From NCBI GenBank assembly GCA_963710945.1, contig CAVQCH010000005.1, positions 84,135 through 148,134 of the forward strand: a DNA stretch of 64,000 nucleotides, in the 5' to 3' direction. The stretch is from an uncultured Acidobacteriota bacterium. GTDB lineage: Bacteria > Acidobacteriota > Thermoanaerobaculia > UBA5066 > Gp7-AA6. How positions within the stretch are numbered: the first letter of the stretch is position 1; each line of letters opens with the position of its first letter. Below, in pieces: positions 28,817 through 38,332 of this stretch. The translations under genes and the position numbers were made by a program. Under the pieces are notes generated by a model. It searched no databases. It was given only the letters and a program-made list of their open reading frames with translations, and had not been told where the DNA came from.

Positions 28817-31384
28817 ATGGATTCCCGCCCCCGTCCGCCGCTCGCGGTTCTTGCGGTCCTGACGATCGTGTACCTCGTCGCGGGCAAGGTCGGGTTGAGC
28901 CTCGCCTTCGTCAACGCGAGCGCGAGTCCGGTGTGGCCCGCCACCGGGATCGCGCTGGCGGCCATGCTGATTCTCGGCTACCGCGCCTGGCCCGCGATCC
29001 TGCTCGGCGCTTTTTTGGTGAACGTGACGACCGCGGGGTCCGTGGCCACCTCTTTCGGCATCGCCGTCGGCAATACCGCCGAGGCCCTGGTGGGCGCGTT
29101 TCTCGTCCAGCGTTTCGCGGGGGGCCGCAACGCTTTCGACCGGGCGCGCAACATCTTCAAGTTCACGCTTCTCGCCGCTTTCGGCAGCACGATGGTCAGC
29201 GCGACCATCGGCGTCGGCACGCTCTTCCTCGGCGGGCTCGCGGCGCGCGAGCAGCTCGGTCCCATCTGGCTGACGTGGTGGCTCGGCGACGCGGCCGGGG
29301 ATCTCGTCGTGGCTCCCGCCCTTCTCCTCTGGAGCTCGACCCGGGCCGGCCCCTGGAAGAAGGAGCGCGGGCTCGAGGCCGGGCTGCTCCTGGCGTCCCT
29401 GCTGCTCGTCGCGGGGCTCGTCTTCCGCGGCCTGATTCCGGGCGAGACGAAGAGCTACCCGCTCGAGTTCCTTTGCATCCCGCTGCTCGTGTGGCCCGCG
29501 TTCCGCTTCGGCCGCCGCGAGGCGGCGACGGCGAGCGTCGTCATCGGGGCCATCGCGATCTGGGGAACCCTCGACGGCCTCGGCCCCTTCACGCGATCGT
29601 CGGCCAACGAGTCGCTGCTCCTGTTGCAGGCCTACCTCGGCGTCGTGACGATCACGACGACCGCCCTTGCCGCCGTCGTGGCCGAGCGCCGGCGCGTGCA
29701 GGAATCGCTCGCGCTGCTCGAATCGGCCGTGGACAACACGATCGAGGGCATCGTCATCCTGACGCCGGACAACGGCAAGGGAATGCCCCGCATCTCGTTC
29801 GTCAACGAGGGATTCGGCCGCATCACGGGGCTGGCCGATCGGGACGTGCTCGGCGAGACGCTCGCGGTGCTGCCGGTCGTCGAGAGCGACCTCGGCTCGA
29901 TCGCCTCCCTGCGCCGCTCCCTCTACGCCGGCGAGCGCTTTTACCGGGACGGGATGCGCGCGCGGCGGCCGGACGGCTCGGAGTGCGTGTTCGAGCTCGA
30001 GCTCATGCCGGTTCCCGAAGGCGCGCCGCGCCCCACGCACTGGGTCGGGATCCTCCGCGACGTGACCGAGCGGGCGGCTCACGTCGAAGCGCTCGAACAA
30101 CAGGCGCTCTACGACTTCCTGACGGGCCTTCCCAACCGCATGCTCCTGCGCGACCGGCTGGAGCAGGCGATCCGCCACTCGGGCCGGGAAAACTCGCCGC
30201 TCGCGCTCTTCGTGATGGACGTGGACCGGTTCAAGGACATCAACGACACCTTCGGCCACCAGTTCGGGGACCTGCTGCTGAGGGAATTCGGGCAGCGCCT
30301 GCGCGGCGTGCTCCGGACCGCCGACACGATCGCCCGGCTCGGGGGCGACGAGTTCGCCGTCCTGCTGCCGACGGCGGGCGACGCGGCGGGAGCGGCGCTC
30401 ATGGCCGAGAAGATCCTCGCGGCCCTCGAGAAGCCGTTCCGGATCGAGGGCCAGAGCCTCGACGTCTCGGCCTCGATCGGGATCGCGCTCTGCCCGCAGG
30501 ACGGCGACGACTGGACGACGCTCCTGCGCTGCGCGGACGTCGCGATGTACGCGGCCAAGCAGTCGAGCGAGGGCTACGTCGTCTACTCGGCGAGCCGCGA
30601 CACGTACGGCGAGAGCGGGTTCACGCTGATGCGCGAGCTGCGCGACGGGATCGAGGGGCGGCAGCTCAATCTGCAGTACCAGCCGCAGGTCCGCGTCCAG
30701 GACGGCCGTCCCCGGGCGGCCGAGGCGCTCGTCCGCTGGCAGCATCCCCGCCGCGGGCTGCTGCTGCCCGGTCAGTTCCTCCCGGCGGCCGAACGGACCG
30801 GAGCGATCAAGCCCGTCTGCGAGTGGGCCCTCGAGACGGCGCTCGGGCACTGCCGCGACTGGCGCGACGCCGGGCGGTCGCTGCCGGTCGCCGTCAACGT
30901 TTCGGGGAGGAACCTTCGGGATCCGCTGCTGCTCGAGAAGATCTCGCATCTGCTCGGCAACGCGAAGCTGGACCCTGCCTGCCTCAAGCTGGAGATCACG
31001 GAGGGCAGCGTTCTCGGCGACCCGCACGGGGCGATCTCGGCGATGGCCCGGATCCAGGCGGCCGGCGTCCGCCTCTCGATCGACGACTTCGGCTCGGGAG
31101 AGTCCTTTCTCTCGTCCCTGAAGCGCCTGCCCGTCGACGAGATCAAGATCGCGGGGGCCTTCGTGAAGCAGATGGCGACCGACGTGCGGGACGCGGCGAT
31201 CGTCCGGTGCGCGATCGACCTCGGCCACAGCCTCGGGCGGCAGGTCGTGGCGCAGGACGTCGAGGACGCCGCGACGTGGGAGATGCTGGCCGCCTACGGG
31301 TGCGACTACGCGCAGGGGCCCTACGTCAGCCCGCCGCTGCTCCCGGCCGAGCTCGCGCGCTGGCTCGGGCAGCCCCAGGGCTGA
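28817..31384 (+). CDS. MASE1-PAS-GGDEF-EAL cyclic-di-GMP signalling protein
   Basis: N-terminal polytopic MASE1-like region ('SPVWPATGIALAA...WWLGDAAGDLVVAP'). 'RLGGDEFAVLL' is an intact GGDEF. 'EALVRW', 'EITE' and 'DDFGSG' are EAL motifs. Start taken at ATG 28817. Confidence 0.9.
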   Translation: MDSRPRPPLAVLAVLTIVYLVAGKVGLSLAFVNASASPVWPATGIALAAMLILGYRAWPAILLGAFLVNVTTAGSVATSFGIAVGNTAEALVGAFLVQRFAGGRNAFDRARNIFKFTLLAAFGSTMVSATIGVGTLFLGGLAAREQLGPIWLTWWLGDAAGDLVVAPALLLWSSTRAGPWKKERGLEAGLLLASLLLVAGLVFRGLIPGETKSYPLEFLCIPLLVWPAFRFGRREAATASVVIGAIAIWGTLDGLGPFTRSSANESLLLLQAYLGVVTITTTALAAVVAERRRVQESLALLESAVDNTIEGIVILTPDNGKGMPRISFVNEGFGRITGLADRDVLGETLAVLPVVESDLGSIASLRRSLYAGERFYRDGMRARRPDGSECVFELELMPVPEGAPRPTHWVGILRDVTERAAHVEALEQQALYDFLTGLPNRMLLRDRLEQAIRHSGRENSPLALFVMDVDRFKDINDTFGHQFGDLLLREFGQRLRGVLRTADTIARLGGDEFAVLLPTAGDAAGAALMAEKILAALEKPFRIEGQSLDVSASIGIALCPQDGDDWTTLLRCADVAMYAAKQSSEGYVVYSASRDTYGESGFTLMRELRDGIEGRQLNLQYQPQVRVQDGRPRAAEALVRWQHPRRGLLLPGQFLPAAERTGAIKPVCEWALETALGHCRDWRDAGRSLPVAVNVSGRNLRDPLLLEKISHLLGNAKLDPACLKLEITEGSVLGDPHGAISAMARIQAAGVRLSIDDFGSGESFLSSLKRLPVDEIKIAGAFVKQMATDVRDAAIVRCAIDLGHSLGRQVVAQDVEDAATWEMLAAYGCDYAQGPYVSPPLLPAELARWLGQPQG

Positions 31385-31408
31385 GCCGGACTCGGGCTCG
31401 GGACCGCC

Positions 31409-32530
31409 TCAGACCCGGGTGATCTTCTTCAGGATGTCGCCGTCCCAGGCGTATTTCAGGCGCTTGCGTCCGCGCGCGGCGTTCTTCTGGAGCGCGTTGC
31501 CGTAGATGAGCGGGAGCGCGACGGACGTCTCGACGAAGGCCATCTCGTGCGTCGCCTTCTTCGAGACCTTGCCCCAGGAGGTCGCCTCGGAGAGCGTCGA
31601 GCCGCCGAGGCCGCCCCAGTGCGGCGCGTCGGTGGTGATCTGCAGCGCGTACTTGTGGCCGCCCGTGTCGAGACCGAAGATGTACGACATCACGATCGAA
31701 TCGTTGATGAAGTTCTTCGGCACGCCGCCCGAGACGTAGACGGCCGCGGTGGCCGGGCTCTTCACGACGATCTGCGTGAGCTCGTAGTTGTCGCGGATCG
31801 AGCTGATCTCGAAGGGCTTCTTTCCGGCGGTGCGGAAGCGATGGTAGTGCTCCGTCAGGCCGATGCCGATGGACGAGTCGTTCAGGGCCGGGACGAAGAG
31901 CGGGACGCCGTGGCGCGCGCAGGCGCCGAGGATCGACCCCTTGTCGTGCTTGCAGCCCTGCGCGAGCAGCGCGAGGAAGCCGCGCGAGGACAGGCTCTTG
32001 CCGCCGAGGGCGTCGGCGAAGCGCGAGACGGCGAGGTCCGTCTCCCAGTACTTCTCCTCGTCGATGAACGTGTCGTAGAGCCGGTCGATGTAGAGGTCGC
32101 GCAGCTCCTTGTCGTCCGCCTCGGGGGTCCCGTGGTAGTGGCGGCCGCCCCGCACCTGGTAGTAGTCCTGCGAGATGATCGCGCCCGTCGAGACGACGAC
32201 GTCCACCATCTTCTGCTCGATGAGATCCACGATCACCTGCCGCATGCCGGCGGCGATGAGGGAGCCCGCCAGGCCGAGGAAGATGGTCGGCCGCTGCCGG
32301 TCGCGGAGCATCCCCTCGAAGACCCCGGCGGCCTTGCCGAGGGCGCGCGCCTGGAAGGACGCGTCGCGGTAGGCGTCGATCAGCTGCGAGACGGTGGTCT
32401 TCTTGCCGATCCTTACGGGCGTCGTCGCGCGGCCGAGGAGCGCCCTCTTCCTCTTGCGGTCGACGCCGACCGCCGCGGCGTGGACGTACTCGTCGGCGTT
32501 CTTCGCGGGGCCTTTTCCTTTCGATCCCAT
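31409..32530 (-). CDS. deoxyhypusine synthase family protein
   Basis: ATG at 32530 after GGAGGA. 'IFLGLAGSLIAAGMR', 'VDVVVSTGA', 'SGGVPKNF', 'WGGLGGSTLSEATSWGK'. Confidence 0.85.
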   Translation of the reverse strand: MGSKGKGPAKNADEYVHAAAVGVDRKRKRALLGRATTPVRIGKKTTVSQLIDAYRDASFQARALGKAAGVFEGMLRDRQRPTIFLGLAGSLIAAGMRQVIVDLIEQKMVDVVVSTGAIISQDYYQVRGGRHYHGTPEADDKELRDLYIDRLYDTFIDEEKYWETDLAVSRFADALGGKSLSSRGFLALLAQGCKHDKGSILGACARHGVPLFVPALNDSSIGIGLTEHYHRFRTAGKKPFEISSIRDNYELTQIVVKSPATAAVYVSGGVPKNFINDSIVMSYIFGLDTGGHKYALQITTDAPHWGGLGGSTLSEATSWGKVSKKATHEMAFVETSVALPLIYGNALQKNAARGRKRLKYAWDGDILKKITRV

Positions 32531-33204
32531 CGGCGCGGTCCTCCGGAGAGAATCCGGTACGCCGCCATCGCGGCCGCGTAGCCGGAGTCGATGTTGACCG
32601 CCGTCACGCCGTTGGCGCACGAGTTGACGGCGGAGAGAAGCGAGGCCAGGCCGGAGAAGGCGGCGCCGTAGCCGCGCGAGGTCGGCACGGCGATGATCGG
32701 CCGGCCGACGAGGCCGCCGAGGACCGAGAAGAGGGAGCCCTCCATCCCCGCCACGGCGATGATGGCGTCGGCGCGCTCGATCTCCTCGAGCCGCGACAGC
32801 AGGCGCAGCAGGCCCGCGACCCCCACGTCGGGGACGAGGATCGACGAGACGCCCAGGTACTCGAGCGCGCGCCGCGCCTCCTCGGCGATCGCGGTGTCGG
32901 CCGTGCCGGCCGTGACGACGGCGACGCTGGCCTCCACGCGCGGCATCGGCTTTCCGACCGAGAGGTGGAGCGTTCCCGAGCGCGGATCGTAGTCCGCGCG
33001 GCCGGGCAGCGGGGCGAGCGCCACCTCCTCCCACATTTCCGGGGCGAGGCGCGTGACGAGCACGTCGTGGGCCCGCGAGAGCTGGCGGCAGATCTCGACG
33101 ATCTGCGCCGCGGTCTTGCCCTCCGCGAGCACGACTTCGGGAAACCCCACGCGCCGCTTGCGGTCGAGGTCGAGCGTGTAGTCGGGTCCGCGCATGGGCG
33201 GCAT
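32413..33204 (-). CDS. larB: nickel-pincer cofactor biosynthesis protein LarB (AIR-carboxylase-like)
   Basis: 'DLDRKRRVGFPEVVLAEGK', 'VAVVTAGTADTAIAEEA', 'DVGVAGLLRL', 'AVAGMEGSLFSVLGGL', 'IAVPTSRGYGAAFSGL', 'NSCANGVTAVNIDSGY'. The start is one of the ATGs at 33195, 33204 or 33222. The 3' tail overlaps the next gene by 118 nt. Confidence 0.8.
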   Translation of the reverse strand: MPPMRGPDYTLDLDRKRRVGFPEVVLAEGKTAAQIVEICRQLSRAHDVLVTRLAPEMWEEVALAPLPGRADYDPRSGTLHLSVGKPMPRVEASVAVVTAGTADTAIAEEARRALEYLGVSSILVPDVGVAGLLRLLSRLEEIERADAIIAVAGMEGSLFSVLGGLVGRPIIAVPTSRGYGAAFSGLASLLSAVNSCANGVTAVNIDSGYAAAMAAYRILSGGPRRWDRKEKAPRRTPTSTSTPRRSASTARGRGRSSAARRRP

Positions 33205-33294
33205 TCTATGCGCAGGTTGCAACGGCTTCCTCGAAGGCGTTATCGTCCCTCTCCTTCGACGCTCTTTGCATCGTCAGGCCAGCCCGGACTTGCT

Positions 33295-33475
33295 CAGGTC
33301 AATCTCTGCAAGTGCGGGCTATGGGAAGCGGGTGAAAATCCCGCGCGGCCCCCGCCACTGTCACCGGGGACGCCTCGGGCAAGCATCCACTGGAAGCGAG
33401 AGATCGGGTAACCGGTTGCGCTTCCGGGAAGGAGCCCGAAGGCGGAGGATCCGGAAGCCAGGAGACCTGCCGGAC
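33295..33475 (+). promoter_or_regulatory. cobalamin (AdoCbl) riboswitch aptamer
   Basis: Conserved core 'GGGAAGCGGGTGAAAATCCCGCGCGGCCCCCGCCACTGT', then 'CCACTGG...CCGGGAAGG', and the B12 box 'AGCCAGGAGACCTGCC' at 33456-33471. Confidence 0.9.
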
Positions 33476-33544
33476 GAAACGCTTCTCGGACGGGGACACA
33501 CGAGAGAGGACGCGTTTCCGATTTCCGGACCGCGGGACACCTCT

Positions 33545-33583
33545 CGAACCTCCCGAGATTCGTCGGATCGAACGGGAGGTTCG
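33545..33583 (+). promoter_or_regulatory. SD-sequestering hairpin (riboswitch expression platform)
   Basis: A perfect 11-bp stem pairs CGAACCTCCCG (33545-55) with CGGGAGGTTCG (33573-83). The right arm contains the GGGAGG SD, and the stem ends 1 nt before ATG 33585. Confidence 0.75.
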
Positions 33584-33584
33584 A

Positions 33585-35903
33585 ATGACGACCGCGGTTC
33601 TGCTGGTGTTCCTCGGCGCCCTGTCCCGGCTGATTCCCCATCCCCCGAACTTCGTCGCCCTCGGCGCTCTGGCCCTGTACGCCGGCGCGCGCCTGCCCAA
33701 ACTCCGGGCAGTCGCCGTGCCGCTCGCCGCCCTGGCGCTGTCGGATCTCGTTCTCGACGCCGGCACGGGGCGCGCGGCCTTCTCCGGGATGCGCCTGGCC
33801 GTCTACGGGACTTTCGGCCTGATAGTCCTCGCCGGCCGGCTCGCGCGGGAGCGCTCGGGGGCGGCCCGCCTCGCCGCGCTCTCGGTCGGCGCCTCGATTC
33901 TCTTTTTCCTGACCTCCAACTTCGCGGAGTGGCTCGGTGACCCGGTCTACCCGAAGACGCCCGCCGGCCTCGCCCTGTGCTACGCCGCCGCCGTGCCCTT
34001 CTTCTGGAACACGCTCTTCGCCGACCTTCTCGGCACCGCCGTCCTCTTCGGCCTCGGCGCGCTCTCGGGCCGCGCGCGGGCCCGGGAGTGGGTCCGGGGC
34101 GCGGCCGCCGTGGTGGCGGCGTTCGCCCTCGCCCCGGCGGGGCTGTTCGGGCAGCAGGTGCCGCCCGCCTCCGAGAGCGTGGTCGTGACCGCCACGGCGA
34201 CGCCGGAAGAGGAGAAGGAGCTCGGCGTCGCGACGACCGTGATCACGCGCGAGGACATCGACAAGAGCGGGCGCGTCACGGTCCTCGAGCTCCTGCGCGC
34301 GGTGCCCGCCCTCGACGTCGTGCAGTCGGGCAGCGAGGGCGCCGTGGCCTCGATCTTCCTGCGCGGCACGAACTCGACGCAGACGCTCGTTCTCGTGGAC
34401 GGGGCGCGCGTCAACTCGGCGTTCTTTCCGGGCTACGACTTCTCGGGGCTGACGACGGAAAATGTCGAGCGCATCGAGATCGCGCGCGGACCGTTCTCCG
34501 CGCTCTACGGCTCGGAGGCGATCGGCGGCGTGATCCAGATCTTCACCCGGCCGCCGCAGCAGGGCTTCTCGGGAAGCGTCACGGCCGAGGGCGGCAACGC
34601 GGACACGGCGACCGCTTCGGCTTTCGTCTCGGGGGGCGCCGGCCCGTTCTCGGCGGCGGCGAGCTACCGCTACGCCAACACGAACGGCGACGTCCCGAAC
34701 TCGAACTGGCGCGAGAACAACGGCTCGGCCCGCGTGGACTGGCAGCCGAACGCCGACGCGCGCGTCGGGATCGAGGGTTCGGTCCTCTCGGGCAAGGTCG
34801 GAAATCCGGGGCCCGTGGGCGCGCTCAACCCGGAGGCGAACGGGGTCTTCCTCGAGGAGCGCATCGCCCTGCCCGCGAGCTTCACGCTGTCGCCGACGAA
34901 CCACCTGAACGGCTTCGTCGCCTCGGTGTGGTCCAAGCCCGAGTACAACGACCCGCTCGGCGGCTACTCCTCGCAGACGAACGCGCGCACGCTCCAGGCG
35001 CAGGTGTCGGATTCGGCGACGCTCGGGATCCACACGGTGACGGCGATCGCCATGTGGAACCGCTCGAGCGTCACGAACACGGACACGTTCGGCACGTCGC
35101 TCGACGGGCAGTCGACCACGATCTGGGGCATCGGCGCGCAGGACGCCGTGACGCTCGGCCAGTTCTCGATCGCCGGGGGCGTGCGCTATGACGGCAACTC
35201 GCAGTTCGGCAGCGCCGTGAGCCCGCGCGGCTCGATCGCGTGGCTGTCGAAGGACCAGCGCTGGAAGATCCGCGCGGCGGGGGGAAGCGCCTTCCGGGCG
35301 CCCACGGTCGGCGAGCTCTATTTTCCGTTCTACGGCAATCCCGATCTGAAGCCCGAGCGCTCGGTCTCGTGGGAGGTCGGCGGCGAGGCGTACCTCGGCA
35401 AGGGCGGCCGGGTCGAGGTGACTTATTTCTGGAACGACCTGAAGGACCTGATCGTCTACGACTTCGCGAGCGCGAAGACCGAGAACATCGGCAGCGCGCG
35501 CACGCAGGGAGTGGAATTCGGCTACCGGCAGCAGATCCTGGCACCCCTTGCGATCGCCGCGACGTACACGTACCTCGACGCGGTGGACCGGTCGGACGAC
35601 ACGCGGCTGCTGCGCCGGCCGCGCAACCTCGCCTCGCTCACGCTGCTCTGGCAGCCCGTGGCGCCCCTGTCGATCGAGGTGCGCGGCGTCTACGTCGGAG
35701 ACCGCCCGGACTCGGATCCGGTGACGTCGGCGCCGCTGACGGACCCGGCCTACTTCCGCCTCGACCTCTTCGCGAGCTGGAACCTCGGCCAGGTCTCGCC
35801 GTACCTGCGGATCAACAACCTGACCGACGCGAGTTACGATGAGGCCGCAGGCTATCCGGCCGCGGGCATCCGGGCGATGGGGGGCGTGGGAGTGAAGTTC
35901 TAG
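33585..35903 (+). CDS. btuB: single 772-aa ORF: small polytopic membrane protein (LPHPPNF-motif, DUF6580-like) fused in frame to a TonB-dependent vitamin B12 receptor (BtuB-like)
   Basis: Residues 1 to about 165: '[22 protein letters not shown]...[11 protein letters not shown]'. Next comes a signal-peptide-like '[21 protein letters not shown]'. Then the TonB box 'ESVVVTATA', plug 'TVITREDI...[25 protein letters not shown]', and a barrel ending '[12 protein letters not shown]'. There is no stop codon, and no plausible start codon, between the two parts. Confidence 0.8.
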   Translation: MTTAVLLVFLGALSRLIPHPPNFVALGALALYAGARLPKLRAVAVPLAALALSDLVLDAGTGRAAFSGMRLAVYGTFGLIVLAGRLARERSGAARLAALSVGASILFFLTSNFAEWLGDPVYPKTPAGLALCYAAAVPFFWNTLFADLLGTAVLFGLGALSGRARAREWVRGAAAVVAAFALAPAGLFGQQVPPASESVVVTATATPEEEKELGVATTVITREDIDKSGRVTVLELLRAVPALDVVQSGSEGAVASIFLRGTNSTQTLVLVDGARVNSAFFPGYDFSGLTTENVERIEIARGPFSALYGSEAIGGVIQIFTRPPQQGFSGSVTAEGGNADTATASAFVSGGAGPFSAAASYRYANTNGDVPNSNWRENNGSARVDWQPNADARVGIEGSVLSGKVGNPGPVGALNPEANGVFLEERIALPASFTLSPTNHLNGFVASVWSKPEYNDPLGGYSSQTNARTLQAQVSDSATLGIHTVTAIAMWNRSSVTNTDTFGTSLDGQSTTIWGIGAQDAVTLGQFSIAGGVRYDGNSQFGSAVSPRGSIAWLSKDQRWKIRAAGGSAFRAPTVGELYFPFYGNPDLKPERSVSWEVGGEAYLGKGGRVEVTYFWNDLKDLIVYDFASAKTENIGSARTQGVEFGYRQQILAPLAIAATYTYLDAVDRSDDTRLLRRPRNLASLTLLWQPVAPLSIEVRGVYVGDRPDSDPVTSAPLTDPAYFRLDLFASWNLGQVSPYLRINNLTDASYDEAAGYPAAGIRAMGGVGVKF

Positions 35904-35907
35904 CCAA

Positions 35908-36472
35908 ATGCCGCGCATCACGAAGGTCTACACGCGCACGGGCGACGACGGATCGACCGGGCTCGGCGGCGGACAGCGCGTCGGCAAGGACACGCTCCGC
36001 ATCGAGGCGTACGGCACGGTCGACGAGCTCAACAGCGTGATCGGCGTCGCGATGGCCTCGGGCTTGAACGACGCGATCGCCGGGCCGCTCGCCGCGATCC
36101 AGAACGAGCTCTTTCACCTCGGCTCCGACCTCTGCATCCTCGAAGAGGACAAGGCGAAGATGCCGGTGCCCCGCATCGAGGAGCGCCACGTGGCTCGCCC
36201 TGGAGAAGCTGATGGATGCGCTCTCGGAAGAGCTGCCGCCGCTCGAAAACTTCATCCTCCCGGGCGGCACGGCGGGAGCCGCGCATCTCCACGTGGCGCG
36301 GACCGTCTGTCGCCGGGCGGAGCGGCTCGTCGTTGCCCTGTCCCGCCAGGAGGCGGTCGGGGCCTGGACGATTCGGTACCTGAACCGGCTTTCCGACGCG
36401 CTCTTCGTCATGGCGCGCCACGAGAACAAGCGGCGCGGCGCGCCCGACGTTCTCTGGAACAGCCGTTCTTAA
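35908..36472 (+). CDS. pduO: PduO-type ATP:cob(I)alamin adenosyltransferase. One frame disruption at the CCC run 36198-36200.
   Basis: '[16 protein letters not shown]', '[16 protein letters not shown]' and '[11 protein letters not shown]' are in frame 1. '[23 protein letters not shown]...[12 protein letters not shown]...YLNRLSD' is in the next frame. Confidence 0.85.
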
Positions 36473-36514
36473 GAAAGCCTGAGCCGGCGCCGACGGGAGG
36501 TTACAATCGGGCCG

Positions 36515-36886
36515 ATGCGTCGCCGGGCGTCGATCCTGTTGCTGTCCGTGCTCACCGCGATGGCGGGCCTGCGTCTCTCGGCCGCCGCGGTCGACGCCGA
36601 GGCGATGCGCTGCGCGATCGCCTGCGGCCATTCGGGCGAAGTGGAGAAGGGCGCGGCCTGCTGCCCGATGGGGCACGGCGCGGACGACGGCCCGGCCTTC
36701 AAGACGTGTCCGGGCGGCGAGGGATCCGTGCTCGTCCCGTTCTCTCCGGGGCAGACCATCCTGACGGCCTCGGCCGGCCGGCTCGATGCCTCGCCCGAAT
36801 CCAGCCCTCTCGAGCTCCTTCCGGGCTCCGAGCCCCGGTCCGCATTCGCGCGCGCCCCCGAAAAAGTGCCTCTCCCTCGCGGCTGA
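36515..36886 (+). CDS. small secreted Cys/His-rich protein (hypothetical)
   Basis: 123 aa. Signal peptide '[19 protein letters not shown]'. Motif cluster 'CAIACGH...ACCPMGH...CPGG'. Confidence 0.5.
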   Translation: MRRRASILLLSVLTAMAGLRLSAAAVDAEAMRCAIACGHSGEVEKGAACCPMGHGADDGPAFKTCPGGEGSVLVPFSPGQTILTASAGRLDASPESSPLELLPGSEPRSAFARAPEKVPLPRG

Positions 36887-36928
36887 CGATCCCCGGCTTT
36901 CGTCCGCTTCGAGAAAGGAGAACGCATC

Positions 36929-37856
36929 TTGAACTGGCATTCGTCTCGGGCGCGCCGCATCGGCGCCGCGCTCTTGATCCTGTTTCTTTCGTTCGCGCTG
37001 CCGCGGCCGGCCGCGGCCTGCTCGATGTGCCGCTGCAGCGATCCCGTCTTCAGCGCCCTCGGTCAGGGTCTCTACACGCATTCGGGCTTCAAGCTGGCAG
37101 TCGATTGGAGCCGTCAGGACCAGAGTCAGGGTGCAAGGCGAGGACTTCGAGGCCCAGGTCCGCAACTCGATTACTGCGACGCTGTCCTACTCCTGGCAGG
37201 AGCGCTTGACGTTCGTCGCGCAGGTCCCTTATGTGTTCGTCCACCAGGATGCGGCCGATGGGACCGAGGTGCTGAACGGCCTCGGCGATCCGGCCTTTTA
37301 CGTGTATGGGCGTCTCTGGTCGTCGAATTTCGACCAGGGGCTGGGTCGGCGGGCATGGCTTTCAGCCGTGTTCGCCGTGAAGACCCCCTGGGGCCAGAAC
37401 GACGCGACCGAGGACGGCGAGCGCGTCGACGAGCACGCGCAGCCGGGCACGGGCGCGACCAATCTCTCGGGGGGCCTGTCGTTCCTGTACCTCTTCGATG
37501 CGGAATCGTCGATCTACACATCGGCTGCCTATACGGGCACGGGTCGCAACAAGTACGGCTACAAGTACGGCAACAACGTCCAGGTGAACGTCGTCTACGA
37601 CCGCAAGCTGGCCGACTGGCTGGACGGTCTCTTCGAGGTGAACTTTCTCGACGCTAAGAAGGACCAGCAGGACGCTGCCGGGCTCGAGGACCCGAACACG
37701 GGCGGCCAGACTTTGTACCTCACGCCGCGCGTTGCCGTTCACGTGACGCACGGTCTCGTGCTGCGGGCGGCGGCGCAATTCCCAGTGTGGAAAAACCTGA
37801 ACGGAATCCAGACCGTGGACCCGACTTACACGGCGGGCCTGACGTACGTGTTCTAG
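36929..37856 (+). CDS. outer-membrane beta-barrel protein (MetA/phenol-degradation-like transporter family suspected) with N-terminal CSMCRC motif. One frame disruption at the GGG run 37129-37131.
   Basis: TTG is 8 nt after AAAGGAG. Signal '[21 protein letters not shown]'. Alternating-strand text continues in the next frame from '[22 protein letters not shown]' and ends '[10 protein letters not shown]'. Confidence 0.65.
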
Positions 37857-37858
37857 AT

Positions 37859-37881
37859 CGTGAACCGTGAACCGTGAACCG
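37859..37881 (+). repeat. (CGTGAAC)x3 tandem heptanucleotide repeat
   Basis: cgtgaac cgtgaac cgtgaac, immediately after the TAG at 37854-56 and between convergent genes. Confidence 0.9.
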
Positions 37882-37885
37882 ATTA

Positions 37886-38332
37886 TCACTCCTCGGTTTC
37901 CATTGAGCCGTTGCCGTTCGTGGCGCGGCGCTTGGGGTGGAAAGCGTAGCCGAGGACGAAGAGGAGTCCGAGACCGGCGTGGATCCAGCCGGTCCAGCGC
38001 ACCGCCCCGGGCGCGACGAAGACCTGGATGAGGTAGCCCGTCAGGGCGAGCGGGGCGAAGATCCAGAGCACTGCGACTCCCGTGCGGCGGCCGCTCTGCT
38101 CGCCGCGTTTGAGGCGCGCGAGGACGTGACGGCGCAGCAGGAGGCCGACACCCATGATCGCGAAAGGCGCGACGAGGACGTGGGCCTTGAGCATCCACGG
38201 CTGCCACGGGCTGCCGACGCGGGAGTCCGGGTCGGCGCTCGGGACGAAGTACTTGAAGACGCCGTAGGCGAGGCCCGTCAGCGAGACGGCGGCCAGCGCC
38301 GCATGGTTCCACCACGCTTCCCAGCGCTTCAC
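37886..38332 (-). CDS. 4-TM His-rich membrane protein (DUF4405 / cytochrome b-like suspected)
   Basis: GTG at 38332 overlaps the upstream stop (GTGA). It has four hydrophobic helices. A His sits at or near the start of three of them ('WNHAALAAV', 'KAHVLVAPF', 'WIHAGLGLL'), plus 'RRHVL' after helix 2. Confidence 0.6.
   Translation of the reverse strand: MKRWEAWWNHAALAAVSLTGLAYGVFKYFVPSADPDSRVGSPWQPWMLKAHVLVAPFAIMGVGLLLRRHVLARLKRGEQSGRRTGVAVLWIFAPLALTGYLIQVFVAPGAVRWTGWIHAGLGLLFVLGYAFHPKRRATNGNGSMETEE

Noticed and set aside
33570-33590. 'GGTTCGAAT', resembling a tRNA T-loop.
   Set aside because: No acceptor or anticodon arms can be drawn around it. It is the right arm of the SD-sequestering hairpin immediately before the ATG at 33585.
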